A stretch of 64,000 nt of DNA from Candidatus Omnitrophota bacterium. Its GTDB lineage: Bacteria > Omnitrophota > Gorgyraeia > Gygaellales > Profunditerraquicolaceae. A model generated the notes under the pieces. The model ran no database searches and had not been told where the DNA came from. It worked only from the letters and a program-made list of their open reading frames with translations. The stretch covers positions 21,636-85,635 of the forward strand of contig JAQUOD010000003.1 in assembly GCA_028717245.1 (NCBI GenBank), given 5' to 3'. Shown here one piece after another: positions 24,250-35,699 of the stretch. Position 1 is the first letter of the stretch. The number at the start of each line of letters is the position of its first letter. The translations under genes were made by a program, and so were the position numbers.

Positions 24250-27180
24250 ATGTTGAGCTTTATTAAAAAGCAGCTTTTAAAACAAAAACAAAATATTATC
24301 CGCAAGAAATACCCGGATATTAATATCGTCTTACATGCGGAGATGCCCGCCCCTGCCATAAACAAGATGGTGGAGTTGGCTAAGACCGTTAATATAGTCA
24401 ACAGCCTGGAATCTAAGATAAGCGTTCTTTCCGATGCGCAGTTACGGGAGAAGACGCGGGAATTTAAGGAGCGCCTTCTTGAAAAATCCAAAGAGTATGA
24501 GATGCAGATTAAGGATTTAGAGGAAGCGCTTCTGGCTGTGGCCATACCGGAGGAAAAAGAAAAATTAAAAGAGAAGTTGAAGCTGACGAGAAATAAGACC
24601 TTTGCCCCGGTATTGCCTGAAGCCTTTGCCGTGGCTAGAGAGGCAGCCAGGCGCACGGTAAATATGCGGCATTTTGACGTGCAGATAGCCGGCGGCATAG
24701 TATTGCATGAAGGCAGGATCGCGGAGATGGCCACCGGCGAAGGAAAAACCCTGGTGGCGACGCTGCCGGCGTATCTAAACGCATTATTGGGCCGCGGCGT
24801 ACATATTATTACTGTTAACGATTACCTCGCCCGCAGGGACCGCGAATGGATGGGCCCGATTTATGAATTCTTAGGTTTAAGCGTAGGGGTAATCCAGCAC
24901 GATATGTCGGATGAACAGAGAAAACAGGCTTATGCCTGCGATATCACCTACGGGACAAATAACGAATTCGGTTTTGATTACCTGCGTGATAATATGAAGT
25001 ATAATTTAGAGGACCTGGTGCAGCGGCCTTTTTATTATGCCATTGTGGATGAGGTAGATTCCATATTAATAGATGAGGCGCGCACGCCTTTGATTATTTC
25101 CGGGCCCGCGGAAGAGTCCACCGATAAGTACTATATCATTGACAAGATTATCCCGCGCCTGAAGATAAGGAAGACTTTGGAGAAGGATGAGATTGAGGCA
25201 AAATATAGAGGCGAGGACCTCTCTAAAGGTTTTGACGCGATTGTCGATGAGAAGGCGCATACCGCCCACCTTACCGAGGAAGGAGAGTCCAAGGCCTGCG
25301 CTGTGCTGAATATCGCTAACTTGCATGATATTGAGACTATGGAGTGGCGCCATCATATTATACAGGCGCTGCGCGCGCACCAACTTTACCAGAAAGACGT
25401 GGATTATGTGGTGAAGGATGGCGAAGTAGTGATTGTGGATGAATTCACCGGCCGCATGATGCCCGGCAGGCGCTGGTCAGACGGGCTACATCAGGCAATC
25501 GAGGCAAAAGAGGGCCTGAAGATAGAGCGCGAAAACCAGACCTTAGCCACCATTACTTTTCAAAATTACTTCCGTATGTATGAGAAGCTGGCAGGGATGA
25601 CCGGGACCGCCTTCACCGAAGCAAATGAGTTTAAGAGCATATACCAGCTGGATGTGGTGACTATCCCTACAAATAGTACCCTGATCCGCGCCAATTATTC
25701 TGACTGTATTTATAAAACAGAAAAAGAAAAATTTAATGCTGTGGTGGAGGAAATTGTCCAACTTTACAACTCAGGAAGGCCTGTGCTGGTGGGTACCATT
25801 TCTATAGATAAATCCGAACACCTGGCGGATATGCTTAAAAAGCGCGGTATACCCCATCAGGTGCTTAACGCTAAATACCATGAGATGGAGGCCCAGATTG
25901 TGGCCCAGGCCGGCAGGTATAAGGCTGTAACTATTGCCACCAATATGGCCGGCCGCGGAACGGATATCCTCCTCGGCGGTAATCCGGAATTTATGGCGCG
26001 TAATCTGGCTAAAGAGAAAATAGCTCCTGATGACCCTAGTTACCAGGAAGAATATAAGAAAATATTGGATAGATATAGGAGTGAGACTGACGCAGAGCAT
26101 AAAAAAGTAGTCCAAGCCGGTGGTTTGCATGTGTTAGGCACAGAGCGCCATGAGGCGCGGCGCATTGATAATCAGCTGCGCGGACGTTCCGGCCGCCAGG
26201 GAGACCCTGGTTCGTCAAGATTTTATGTATCATTATGCGATGACCTGATGCGCTTATTCGGCTCAGACCGGCTTATCGGGATTATGGATAAACTCGGCTT
26301 AGAAGAAGGCCAGGTGATTGAACACCCCTGGGTCAGTAAATCCATTGAAATCGCCCAGAGGCGCGTAGAAACCCATAATTTTGAGATTAGAAAACAGCTT
26401 TTGGAATACGACAATGTGATGAATAAACAAAGAGAGGTTATTTACGGCCAGCGCCGCGCAGTATTAGAAGGTACGTTTCTTAAAGAAGACATACTGGCCA
26501 TAATGGATAAGATTATCGCTGATATAGCGGCCTTGCATATAAATGAGAACACCAGCCCCCAGGAATGGGATATCGTTGGCTTGATGAGTATGATCAGGTT
26601 AAAATTCGGCATAGACATTAATACCTCTAAAATACAAAATCTAAATAAAGAAGGCATAAAGGAGGAGTTGTATAATAATCTTGTTGCCGCCTATGAGGGA
26701 AAAGAAAGATCCCTCGGCAGCGAGGCCACGCGTCATTTGGAGCGCATGGTCTTTTTACAGATAATCGACGCCAAATGGAAAGACCACCTTTATGCTATGG
26801 ATAATTTAAGGGAAGGTATTGGCCTGCGCGCTTATGGCCAGCGCGACCCTCTGATAGAATATAAGCGCGAGGCCTTTGAGATGTTTAGCCAGATGGTTTG
26901 CGGTATTGAAGAAGAGGCCATCGAGGCGATCTTTAAAATTCAGCCGGTAAAGCCGGAGAGATTTAGGGGTATATTCAGCCAGGTGAGCCAGGATTTTTTG
27001 CATCCTGAGGCGGCTAAATTCGAAATACCGCCTGAGCAATCAGAATCTGCTGAGCTGACGCCCCAATCTTTTAGCGGGAAAACCTCGGCCATTAAACCGG
27101 CTAAGGCCACCGGTGTCGGCCGAAACGACCCCTGCCCTTGTGGTTCCAAAAAAAAATACAAAAAATGTTGCGGAAGATGA
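24250..27180 (+). CDS. secA: Preprotein translocase ATPase SecA
   Basis: 976 aa; [41 protein letters not shown], and C-terminal zinc motif CPCGS..KYK.CCG. Confidence 0.95.
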   Translation: MLSFIKKQLLKQKQNIIRKKYPDINIVLHAEMPAPAINKMVELAKTVNIVNSLESKISVLSDAQLREKTREFKERLLEKSKEYEMQIKDLEEALLAVAIPEEKEKLKEKLKLTRNKTFAPVLPEAFAVAREAARRTVNMRHFDVQIAGGIVLHEGRIAEMATGEGKTLVATLPAYLNALLGRGVHIITVNDYLARRDREWMGPIYEFLGLSVGVIQHDMSDEQRKQAYACDITYGTNNEFGFDYLRDNMKYNLEDLVQRPFYYAIVDEVDSILIDEARTPLIISGPAEESTDKYYIIDKIIPRLKIRKTLEKDEIEAKYRGEDLSKGFDAIVDEKAHTAHLTEEGESKACAVLNIANLHDIETMEWRHHIIQALRAHQLYQKDVDYVVKDGEVVIVDEFTGRMMPGRRWSDGLHQAIEAKEGLKIERENQTLATITFQNYFRMYEKLAGMTGTAFTEANEFKSIYQLDVVTIPTNSTLIRANYSDCIYKTEKEKFNAVVEEIVQLYNSGRPVLVGTISIDKSEHLADMLKKRGIPHQVLNAKYHEMEAQIVAQAGRYKAVTIATNMAGRGTDILLGGNPEFMARNLAKEKIAPDDPSYQEEYKKILDRYRSETDAEHKKVVQAGGLHVLGTERHEARRIDNQLRGRSGRQGDPGSSRFYVSLCDDLMRLFGSDRLIGIMDKLGLEEGQVIEHPWVSKSIEIAQRRVETHNFEIRKQLLEYDNVMNKQREVIYGQRRAVLEGTFLKEDILAIMDKIIADIAALHINENTSPQEWDIVGLMSMIRLKFGIDINTSKIQNLNKEGIKEELYNNLVAAYEGKERSLGSEATRHLERMVFLQIIDAKWKDHLYAMDNLREGIGLRAYGQRDPLIEYKREAFEMFSQMVCGIEEEAIEAIFKIQPVKPERFRGIFSQVSQDFLHPEAAKFEIPPEQSESAELTPQSFSGKTSAIKPAKATGVGRNDPCPCGSKKKYKKCCGR

Positions 27181-28691
27181 TTTCGTCGCTAGTCGCTAGT
27201 CGCTGGTCGCTGGTAAAAGATCTCCTCTTATGTTTATTCTCCGCAGGTTTATTCATCTTTTCTTTCCCCAATTTTAATCTCTGGTTATTTGCCTGGTTTG
27301 GGTTTGTGCCTTTGTTTTTTGCTATTCAGGGCAAATCTAAGACTAAGGCATTTTTACTCGCTTATTTGACAGGTTTTATTTTCTGGCTAGGTATTATTTA
27401 TTGGTTAATTCATGTCACTTTTTCCGGTATGTTCGTCTTGGCATTATACCTAGCATTATATTTTGGTATTTTTGGTTTAATCATCAGTACTTACAACTTA
27501 CAACTTACAACTTACAGCTTCTTTTTTATTCCTTCAGCCTGGGTTTTACTGGAGTATGCCCGCAGCCATCTTTTTACCGGCTTTCCCTGGGTGCTCTTAG
27601 GGTATTCGCAGTATCTTAATTTACCGGTTGTCCAGATAGCAGATATTACAGGCGCCTGGGGGGTTTCGTTTCTGGTAATGCTGGTCAATGTGGCGATTTA
27701 TTTAGCTATTAGTCGTTTGTCGTTAGTCGTTAGTGAAAAAAAGAAATATCTCGTGCCGATATTATGTATAATTGTTAGTTTAGGTTACGGATATTATAGA
27801 TTAAACCAACGACCAACGACCAACGACCAACGACCTATTAAGATTTCCGTCATCCAGGGTGATATCCCTCAGGAATTAAAATGGGATAGCCGCTTGAGTA
27901 ATTATATCATAAATAAATACTGGGATATCTCCTTTGCCGCGGCTAGGGAAAAACCGGATTTAATCATCTGGCCGGAGGCAGCGCTGCCGGTAATCGTGGA
28001 AGAAGAGCCTTTTTATTATGAAAGGGCAAAGGACTTAGCCAAAGAAATTAATACGCCCCTGCTTTTAGGCGCGGTTACTTTCAGGGATAATTCTTATTAT
28101 AACAGCGCCCTTTTGCTTTCGAAAGAGGGTGAACTTCTTACCAGGTACGATAAACTACATCTTGTGCCTTTTGGGGAGTATATCCCCTTAAAGAAAACCC
28201 TACGGTTCTTAGAGACAATCGTGCCTATCGGTGATTTTACTCCCGGCAGAGAATATACAGTATTCAACCTACCTGCTAAATTTTCTGTCCTTATTTGTTT
28301 TGAGGATTTATTCCCTGAGATTTCCAGAGAGTTCATAAAAAGAGGCGCTGTTTTCTTAGTCAACATTACTAATGACGCCTGGTTTAAGAAGACAACCGCG
28401 CCATATCAGCATCTGCAGGCCTCGGTATTCCGGGCAGTAGAGAACCGCGTATTTTTAGTGCGCTCTGCAAACACCGGCGTTTCGGGTTTTATCGCTCCGA
28501 CGGGAAAAATTGTTTCTTTGCTCGCGGATAAGGCCGGGAATAATATTTTTGTCCCCGGTTATAAGAGCAGCGAGATTTCTATTTCCGGGTGCGGCCTTAG
28601 TTTTTACAGCCGTTACGGCGATATCTTTATTGCAGCCTGCTTTTTTTTCTTTGTCTTATACGGCATAATTGCCCTTAGGAAGAGGCCATGA
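27176..28691 (+). CDS. lnt: Apolipoprotein N-acyltransferase
   Basis: Polytopic N-terminus followed by a CN-hydrolase domain (E...K...C triad region, [10 protein letters not shown]). ATGA overlap with the secA stop. Carries three in-frame heptamer repeat patches. Confidence 0.85.
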
Positions 28692-29176
28692 AAAAGCTAT
28701 TCTTATTTTTACTTTTGTTCTTATTGGGTTATATCGTGCTGAGTTTTTATTTTCTGGATAAATGTTATTTTCTCTGCCCCATAGAGTATAAGGGGGATAT
28801 TGTTATTCGTCACGATAGCCGGGGCAATGGTTTTTTTGCCGCCCAGCGTAACGGCAGGAGGATACATGAGGGTATTGACCTTTACGCAGAAGTCGGGACC
28901 CCGGTTTTGGCCTCCCGTTCGGGGGTGGTAGTCGCGGCCAGAAAGAGCAAAGGCATGGGTAATTTCGTGATCGTCCGCCACAACAGCCGCATCATTACTA
29001 TTTACGGCCACCTTTCTAAAATTTTCGTCCGGCGCAATGAATTTGTCAGTCAGGGAGAAGTTATAGGCAGCGTTGGGAAGACCGGGAATGCCAACTCCCC
29101 AGATATAAAACCGCATCTGCATTTTGAAGTAAGGAAAAACGGCAGGCCCCAGGACCCCTGGGAGTATTTACAATAA
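28688..29176 (+). CDS. M23-family (LytM-domain) metallopeptidase
   Basis: HEGIDL...H.H.E motif pattern (HxxxD and HLHFEV). Confidence 0.8.
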   Translation: MKKLFLFLLLFLLGYIVLSFYFLDKCYFLCPIEYKGDIVIRHDSRGNGFFAAQRNGRRIHEGIDLYAEVGTPVLASRSGVVVAARKSKGMGNFVIVRHNSRIITIYGHLSKIFVRRNEFVSQGEVIGSVGKTGNANSPDIKPHLHFEVRKNGRPQDPWEYLQ

Positions 29177-29223
29177 CCCGTAACTCGTAATTTTAAAAAA
29201 ATTAATAATTTTAAGGATATCGG

Positions 29224-30141
29224 TTATACCTTTTCTTCCGGTTCTATGTGCACTACTACGTCAGTGACTTCCGGGATGCCCTTTTTGATTTCCTCTTCGA
29301 TAGTATAGCTTATCTTATGCGCCTTATCCACATGCATATCCGGGCTTACCTGGACATGTAAATCCACATAGATATCGTCTGGCCTGCCCCGCGTCCTGAT
29401 CTTATGGCAGGTCCTGACCCCTCTTATGCCTAAGACAATATCAGTTATTCTCTGGGTGTCCATTATTGCTACTGTATCGCAGAGTATCCGGGAGCTTTGG
29501 CGTGTTATATCAAAGGCGGCATGGGCGATAAACAGGGCTATAACTATGGTAGCGATAGGGTCTAAAATGGAATATCCTAATTTTATCAATACCAGCGTGA
29601 TGATTACCGATAAGGAAGTAAAGATATCAGCCTTGGTATGCAGGGAATCCGAAACGAGTATGTCGCTTCGTAAGTCTTTGCCTTCCTTATACTCGTAATT
29701 CATCACCAAAAGATTAATCCCCAGCGTAATAACCATGACCACGAAACTTATAATATCGACCTGCGGGGTGAGCGGATGATAGAGGCGCGTTATGGCTTCC
29801 CTGATCAGGTTGACGCAGATGATAATCAACAATGCGACTATGCCTAAAGAGAAGAAGGTTTCATATTTTTTATGGCCATAAGGATGGTCGGCATCTTTGG
29901 GCTGGCAGGCAAAATGTATACCGATAAGGCAAATGATATTGGAAGCGCCGTCGGATAGGGAATGCAGGCCGTCAGCCGTCATACTGGTGCAGCGGCTGAG
30001 CAGCCCGTAGATAATTTTTGCCAGGGCTACTAGCCAGTTAAGGGCCAATATCCAGATTAGTATGCGCCGGATTTTCTGATAATGCCCCCGAGCCTCTTCT
30101 GTCATACGTATAATTATATACGGATTTAACTTGTCTTTCAA
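29224..30141 (-). CDS. Cation diffusion facilitator (CDF) family metal efflux transporter
   Basis: Six TM segments with HSLSDG and HxxxD motifs, plus a C-terminal cytoplasmic domain. Confidence 0.8.
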   Translation of the reverse strand: MKDKLNPYIIIRMTEEARGHYQKIRRILIWILALNWLVALAKIIYGLLSRCTSMTADGLHSLSDGASNIICLIGIHFACQPKDADHPYGHKKYETFFSLGIVALLIIICVNLIREAITRLYHPLTPQVDIISFVVMVITLGINLLVMNYEYKEGKDLRSDILVSDSLHTKADIFTSLSVIITLVLIKLGYSILDPIATIVIALFIAHAAFDITRQSSRILCDTVAIMDTQRITDIVLGIRGVRTCHKIRTRGRPDDIYVDLHVQVSPDMHVDKAHKISYTIEEEIKKGIPEVTDVVVHIEPEEKV

Positions 30142-30191
30142 ACAATTTATTGTTCCAGAAATTCTATGTCACTTTTCTTGCCTTTATGAGG

Positions 30192-30360
30192 TAGTGGGTC
30201 CTGTCAAGGCTATTTTCTCTCAGCACCGCTCGATTTTCCCCACCGAGGAAAATCTCGCTTGAAGTTTCTGCTCGCTCTCACTGATTATCTAAATAGCGGG
30301 TGAACCCTGGCCGCTCGCATAAACTACATGCTGTTCGAAAACAGCCTTGCCACCCACTAG
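30192..30360. repeat. GC-rich palindromic intergenic repeat element, type 2 (inverted relative to 20216-20376)
   Basis: Long outer stem TAGTGGGTCCTGTCAAGGCTATTTTC...GAAAACAGCCTTGCCACCCACTA. Confidence 0.7.
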
Positions 30361-30417
30361 ACCCTTCGCTAGCTCAAAAACTGCCAGATTCATTTGTTAC
30401 AAATTGACATATTTATC

Positions 30418-30490
30418 TTTAGCGGGTGACGCGGGGGATGCCTCGAGGAAAATTTGACGAGAGGCGCCCCCGCGGTGAGGACCCGCTGCC
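30418..30490. repeat. GC-rich palindromic intergenic repeat element, type 1 (TTTAGCGGGTGACGCGGGGGATGCCTCGAGGAAAATTT...CCCCCGCGGTGAGGACCCGCTGCC)
   Basis: Reverse complement matches 18860-18930; termini match 60214-60303. Confidence 0.75.
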
Positions 30491-30621
30491 TAGTAAAATT
30501 TATACAAGATTGGGTATGCTACCGCGCAGAGGTTCTGTATTGATTTATCCGGGTTTATGTGTTAAAATAAAATTTCCTAACGTATTCCAGAATATAATAA
30601 CGAGGGGCAGGTTGATTTTTC

Positions 30622-32034
30622 ATGGTTAAAAAAAGCGTATTTATCCTGGTTTATATTGTTTTAACTATCGGCTATGCCTATGCGTGTGCAACCATACCGC
30701 AACCGCCGCCGCTTACGCTTAACAGTATTAAGCCCATAGAAAAGAATGACCGTATCCTTATCCTCGCCCCGCACCCCGACGATGAGGCCATAGGTTGCGC
30801 GGGCATTATCCAGGAGGCAGTAGATAAGGGGGCGGATATCCGGATAGCCTATCTGACTAACGGCGACCATAATCAGGTCGCCTTTATTGTCTATGAAAAA
30901 AGGCTCACCTTCAGGAAGGGTGAATTTATCCATATGGGTGATGTGCGCAGGAAGGAAGCTGCCAAGGCCATGAAACTCCTGGGCGTGGATGAGAAGAAAC
31001 TCATCTTCCTGGGTTACCCTGATTTCGGGACACTTACGATTTTCAAGGATTTCTGGCAGAGCGCTCGGCCTTATAAGAGCATGTTAACCCGGATATCCCA
31101 GGTTCCTTCCAAAGAGAATTTTTCTTTCGGTGCGCCCTATAAGGGGGAGAATATCCTGGCAGATATTAAGAAGATACTCAGGGATTATAAACCTAATAAG
31201 ATATTTGTCTCTCACCCTGCGGATACGAATGTAGACCATAAGGCCCTTTACCTCTTTCTGCGGATTGCCCTATGTGATTTAGGGGCGGAGATCCCCCGTC
31301 CTGAAATATACCCTTATCTTGTGCATTGCCTAGGCTGGCCCTTGCCGCGCCATTACCACCCGCAGTTAGGGCTTAATCCTCCCAGGCAATTTTCAGGTTC
31401 TCAGGTGGAGTGGCTCAAATTTGATTTGACCCCCGAGCAATTAAACAAAAAATACCAAGCCATCCTCTGCCATAGGAGCCAGACGTCTTCCAGCGCCTTT
31501 TACCTCTTATCGTTTGCCCGTAAAAACGAATTATTCGGGGATTATCCTGATGTGGAATTAAAGAAAGAAGAATCGCCCTTGCAAAAGGCGATATCATTCT
31601 TCGGGTTTTCCAATATGTTTGCTGATTCAGGCCCGGGGGCTACTTTTGAAAGTTCAAAACAACTCACTGAGAATAAAGGCCAGGTCAGTTACGGCCTTTC
31701 AGGAGACATCCTGCTCATCCGTGTAGATAAGCCCAGAGAATTAAATAGGAAGTTTCGCCTCCAGCTTTATCTTTTTGGCTATAGCACAAAAATACCTTTT
31801 GCCTCTATGCCCAAGATACGCATTATTACCAAATATAAAAAATTTAAGGTGTTTGATGCCAGGAAAATGATTAAAGCGCAGGGCATAGACTTAGAGTTTA
31901 ACCACAAGGAGCTGATCTTGAAAGTGCCCCTAAAAATATTGGGGGACCCGGATTTTATCCTATCCGCAGTGAAAACCTACACCAGCTCCATGCACGTAGA
32001 TACCACAAGTTTTAGGAATATAATTATCAAGTAG
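30622..32034 (+). CDS. PIG-L/LmbE-family N-acetylglucosaminyl deacetylase with C-terminal extension
   Basis: ILILAPHPDDEAIGCAGII and HxDH blocks. Confidence 0.7.
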   Translation: MVKKSVFILVYIVLTIGYAYACATIPQPPPLTLNSIKPIEKNDRILILAPHPDDEAIGCAGIIQEAVDKGADIRIAYLTNGDHNQVAFIVYEKRLTFRKGEFIHMGDVRRKEAAKAMKLLGVDEKKLIFLGYPDFGTLTIFKDFWQSARPYKSMLTRISQVPSKENFSFGAPYKGENILADIKKILRDYKPNKIFVSHPADTNVDHKALYLFLRIALCDLGAEIPRPEIYPYLVHCLGWPLPRHYHPQLGLNPPRQFSGSQVEWLKFDLTPEQLNKKYQAILCHRSQTSSSAFYLLSFARKNELFGDYPDVELKKEESPLQKAISFFGFSNMFADSGPGATFESSKQLTENKGQVSYGLSGDILLIRVDKPRELNRKFRLQLYLFGYSTKIPFASMPKIRIITKYKKFKVFDARKMIKAQGIDLEFNHKELILKVPLKILGDPDFILSAVKTYTSSMHVDTTSFRNIIIK

Positions 32035-32042
32035 GAGGCATC

Positions 32043-32528
32043 ATGCTGGAATTTAAAACAGTCAAGGTGAAGAAACCCGATGACGTAAACGTAATATTGG
32101 GCCAGAGCCATTTTATCAAGACAGTAGAGGATTTATACGAGGCAATAGTGAATAATATCCCGGCTGGTGAGTTCGGCCTGGCATTCGTAGAGTCTTCGGG
32201 CGCCTGTAAGGTCAGGTCTGAAGGCAATGATACGGAATTAAAGAAACTGGCAGAGGCAAATGCCCTGGAGATTGCCGCGGGACATAGTTTTATCATATTT
32301 TTAAGGAATACTTACCCGATAAATGTCTTGAATGCGCTTAAAACTGTCCCGGAAGTCTGTAATATATATTGCGCTTCGGCCAACCCCGTTGAGGTGATTA
32401 TTGCCGAAACAGAGTCCGGCCGGGGGGTATTGGGGGTTATTGACGGGGCAAGGCCTAAGGGCATCGAATCCAATGAAGATATCGCCTGGCGCAAGGAATT
32501 TTTACGTAAGATCGGCTATAAGCTTTGA
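32043..32528 (+). CDS. Adenosine-specific kinase family (PF04008-like) small protein
   Basis: 161 aa; the VILGQSHFIKTVEDLYEA...GLAFVE block resembles that family. Assignment is from recall only. Confidence 0.4.
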   Translation: MLEFKTVKVKKPDDVNVILGQSHFIKTVEDLYEAIVNNIPAGEFGLAFVESSGACKVRSEGNDTELKKLAEANALEIAAGHSFIIFLRNTYPINVLNALKTVPEVCNIYCASANPVEVIIAETESGRGVLGVIDGARPKGIESNEDIAWRKEFLRKIGYKL

Positions 32529-32585
32529 TTTTTAACTTGCATTATCCGGCTCTTTTATCTATAATTTTTTTATCTTGCGGGAATA

Positions 32586-33497
32586 ATGGATTCTAAGAAG
32601 ATACGTAAAAGTATAGGCCGTTTTTTTGGCTGGATAGGCCTGGGTTTTAGCTCTTTGATAATCAAGGCCATCCCAGAGCACTGCATCTATACCCTTGCTA
32701 AAAGCCTGGCTGCTATCGGTTATGTTGTCGCCGCCAAACAGCGCAAGATTGCCTTAGAGAGCCTGACCATTGCCTTTGAAAAAGAGAAATCCAGAGAAGA
32801 AATAGAGCAGATTGCCAGGGATTGTTTTGTTTTTATGGCCAAGGCGGGGTTAGAACTATTGTTCTTTATGGACAGGCTGGAGTTGATCAAGAAACGGGTA
32901 GGGATAGCAGGGAGAGAGAATCTTGAAACTGCTTTAGCTAAGGGCAAGGGCGCTATTTTAGTCAGCGCGCATTTTGGCAGCTTTCCTTTGCTATTGGCCA
33001 AGTTGAGTTTGGAAGGTTATAAGACCGCTGGGATAATGCGTTATATGCGGGATGAACGGGCAGAGAAATTCTTTCTGGCCAAGCGTAACCGGGTAGGCAT
33101 AAAGACGATATACAGCCAGCCGCGTAAGGCCTGCGTGGAAGAGACCATCAGGACATTAAGGGATAATGGTTTGGTCTTTATACCGTTAGACCAGAATTTT
33201 GGCACAGGCGGCGTATTTGTAGATTTTTTCGGCAGGAAAGCGGCTACGGCTACCGGCCCGGTAGTGCTTGCCTTAAGGACAGAAGCAGCAATGCTGCCTT
33301 GTTTTATAGTGAGGCAGAAAGATGATACGCATAAAATAATTTTTGAACCGGCGTTAAACCCGGAAAAGGGCAGGGACTTTCAAGAGACTGTAGCCTTAAA
33401 TATACAGAAGTTGACCGGCATAATTGAGTCTTATATACGCAAATACCCCGCGGAATGGGGTTGGATTCACAGGCGTTGGAAGAGTAAGCCGGATTAA
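32586..33497 (+). CDS. Lipid A biosynthesis lauroyl/myristoyl acyltransferase (LpxL/HtrB family)
   Basis: N-terminal TM anchor, HFGSF (HX4D-like acyltransferase motif) region, and C-terminal EWGWIHRRWK typical of HtrB/MsbB. Confidence 0.7.
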   Translation: MDSKKIRKSIGRFFGWIGLGFSSLIIKAIPEHCIYTLAKSLAAIGYVVAAKQRKIALESLTIAFEKEKSREEIEQIARDCFVFMAKAGLELLFFMDRLELIKKRVGIAGRENLETALAKGKGAILVSAHFGSFPLLLAKLSLEGYKTAGIMRYMRDERAEKFFLAKRNRVGIKTIYSQPRKACVEETIRTLRDNGLVFIPLDQNFGTGGVFVDFFGRKAATATGPVVLALRTEAAMLPCFIVRQKDDTHKIIFEPALNPEKGRDFQETVALNIQKLTGIIESYIRKYPAEWGWIHRRWKSKPD

Positions 33498-33511
33498 AAG
33501 GGGGTGGGAGA

Positions 33512-33724
33512 ATGGCGGAAGAGATAAAACAGGAAGAGAAAAAAACAGGCGCGAAAAGGGTGTTTTCTTCTCTCCTTAAGGTTATTCTGGGTTTAGTGTT
33601 TCTGGCCTTAGGAGCTCTGGCTATTATCAAATGGTTGCCTGACCTTCTAGCCGTGGTAAGGGGTTGTATTGGTTTGTTTCTGATTTTAGCCGGTATGATT
33701 GCTCTAGCGATAGCCAAGGAATAA
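33512..33724 (+). CDS. Small hypothetical membrane protein
   Basis: 70 aa with two hydrophobic helices; RBS-like GGGGGTGGGAGAATGG. Confidence 0.35.
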   Translation: MAEEIKQEEKKTGAKRVFSSLLKVILGLVFLALGALAIIKWLPDLLAVVRGCIGLFLILAGMIALAIAKE

Positions 33725-33753
33725 ACTTTTCACCAACCAAAAGGAAAAACAGA

Positions 33754-34320
33754 ATGCGAGAATTAATACTGAAGAGGGAAATAGTAGTCAATAAAATACT
33801 CTGCCGGTTATTGGGCGTGGGTATTTTTCTTATTCTTAGTTGTCTCGGCGCATTTGTGCGCATACCCTTGCCGTTTACGCCTGTGCCCATAACGCTGCAG
33901 ACCTTTTTCGTTTTGCTCTCAGGGGCTTTTCTGGGGAGTAAGTTAGGTTTTTTGACTCAGTTAAGCTACATATTCTTAGGGATATGGGGCTTGCCTATTT
34001 TTACCGGGGCAGGAAGCGGCTTGTTGTATCTTCTAGGGCCTACGGGCGGGTACCTTTTAGGTTTTGTTTTAGCTGCTTTTTTAATCGGCAGTTTTATAAA
34101 GTTTAGCGATAACCTGCTTTTTACTTTCGCTTTATTCTGTTTGGGCGATGCGGTCCTTTTATTTTGCGGCACTCTCTGGCTTAAGTTCCTCTTCGGGTAT
34201 GATTTAACCAGGGCGTTGTTTATAGGATTCTTGCCTTTTATCCCCGGGGATTTATTGAAAATAACGGCAGCCAGCGTTATTTACGGCAGGTTAAGATCCC
34301 GCCTCAAAGAGATTTTTTAG
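33754..34320 (+). CDS. bioY: Biotin transporter BioY
   Basis: Characteristic BioY hydrophobic profile and GGYLLGF motif; ATG at 33754 with AAGGA RBS. Confidence 0.75.
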   Translation: MRELILKREIVVNKILCRLLGVGIFLILSCLGAFVRIPLPFTPVPITLQTFFVLLSGAFLGSKLGFLTQLSYIFLGIWGLPIFTGAGSGLLYLLGPTGGYLLGFVLAAFLIGSFIKFSDNLLFTFALFCLGDAVLLFCGTLWLKFLFGYDLTRALFIGFLPFIPGDLLKITAASVIYGRLRSRLKEIF

Positions 34321-34424
34321 GCCGGCAGGTTTTAAAGCCTATTTTCTTAATTGGCAATTTGGCTTGACAAGGCCCCGGATTGTGTTAGAGTAGACTTTTG
34401 TAAAGCCCCCTAAGGAGGTAGAAA

Positions 34425-34904
34425 ATGAAAAGGCAAACGATTATTACTATGTCTATTACGTTTCTTTTAACCTTCTGCGCAGGTATTTTGCTCTTTGCCC
34501 AGGATTTAGAGACGCAAGATACCGCTATGCCGCAGAAATCCCGGGGCGCTGCTATAGCTACGCAACAACCAATTACTGCTGCGGCAGAACCAGAAGTAGA
34601 GTGGCTTTGGGGAGAGGTAGTCTCCATAGATACGGATAGCAAACAGTTGTTAGTTAGGTGCCTGGATTATGAGACAGATACCGAAAAGGTGATAAGTATT
34701 AACATAAACGAGAAGACTACTTACGAAAACGCAAAATCCCTAGCTGAAATCAAAACGCAGGATACGTTGAGTATTGATTATGTAGCTGCTCTTGATGGCA
34801 AAAATATAGCCAGGAATATCAGCGTGGAAAAGGACGAAGGCGCAGAGCAGGTTATGCTGGAGGAGAATAAAGCGGGGGCAAAGGCTACGCCTGGCTTGGA
34901 ATAA
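34425..34904 (+). CDS. Hypothetical secreted protein
   Basis: Signal peptide; no recognisable motifs. Confidence 0.35.
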   Translation: MKRQTIITMSITFLLTFCAGILLFAQDLETQDTAMPQKSRGAAIATQQPITAAAEPEVEWLWGEVVSIDTDSKQLLVRCLDYETDTEKVISININEKTTYENAKSLAEIKTQDTLSIDYVAALDGKNIARNISVEKDEGAEQVMLEENKAGAKATPGLE

Positions 34905-34985
34905 ACTTATAACAGGCATCCGCTAATAATAGCTTAGTGAAGATGAGGCAGGAAGGGTTTCCTGCCTTTGTTGTTTATCCTTGCC

Positions 34986-35624
34986 ATGAAAAATATAAAA
35001 CTCATTATTTTTGATCTGGACGGGACATTGGTTGACGCCTATCCCGCCATTATCAGCAGCTTCAATTATACTATGCATAGGCTCGGCTATCCTAAGCAGA
35101 GTAAGCTGTCTATCCGCCGGGCAGTAGGCTGGGGGGATGAGAATCTCCTAAAGGTCTTTATAAGGCAAAAAGATTTATCTGCGGCATTATCCATATACCG
35201 TCAGCACCATGAGGCCTCATTGATAAGGCAATCGCGCCTCTTTCCTTACGTAAGTAAAGTACTTACCTATCTTAAAGACAAAGGGTATAAACTTGCCGTA
35301 GCCAGTAACCGCCCGAGCCGTTTTTCCCAAATTTTAATCCGCCACCTGAAAATAAAACGATATTTTAGTTATGTCCTCTGCGCGGATAAATTAAGGCGCG
35401 GAAAACCCCATCCGGAGATAATCAATAAAATCGTTAAAAAATTAGTCTTAAAACCGCAAGAGGTTTTTTATGTAGGCGATATGGTTATCGATGCCTTGGC
35501 AGGTAAGGCGGCTGGGGTTAGAACCATCATTGTTACTACCGGTTCCAGCTCTAAAGAAGAGGTTAAAAAAACAAAGCCCTACCGTATTATCAGAAGGATA
35601 TCAGGGCTTTTGCATATATTGTAG
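34986..35624 (+). CDS. HAD-superfamily hydrolase (phosphoglycolate phosphatase-like, subfamily IA)
   Basis: IIFDLDGTLVD motif I, and VGDMVIDALAGKAAG (motif IV-like). Confidence 0.75.
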   Translation: MKNIKLIIFDLDGTLVDAYPAIISSFNYTMHRLGYPKQSKLSIRRAVGWGDENLLKVFIRQKDLSAALSIYRQHHEASLIRQSRLFPYVSKVLTYLKDKGYKLAVASNRPSRFSQILIRHLKIKRYFSYVLCADKLRRGKPHPEIINKIVKKLVLKPQEVFYVGDMVIDALAGKAAGVRTIIVTTGSSSKEEVKKTKPYRIIRRISGLLHIL

Positions 35625-35699
35625 CGTCGGCTTTTGTCTTGACAGTGGGATGTATTTTTTATATAATTTTCAGCACAGTGGTATTTAAAGGCGGAAATA

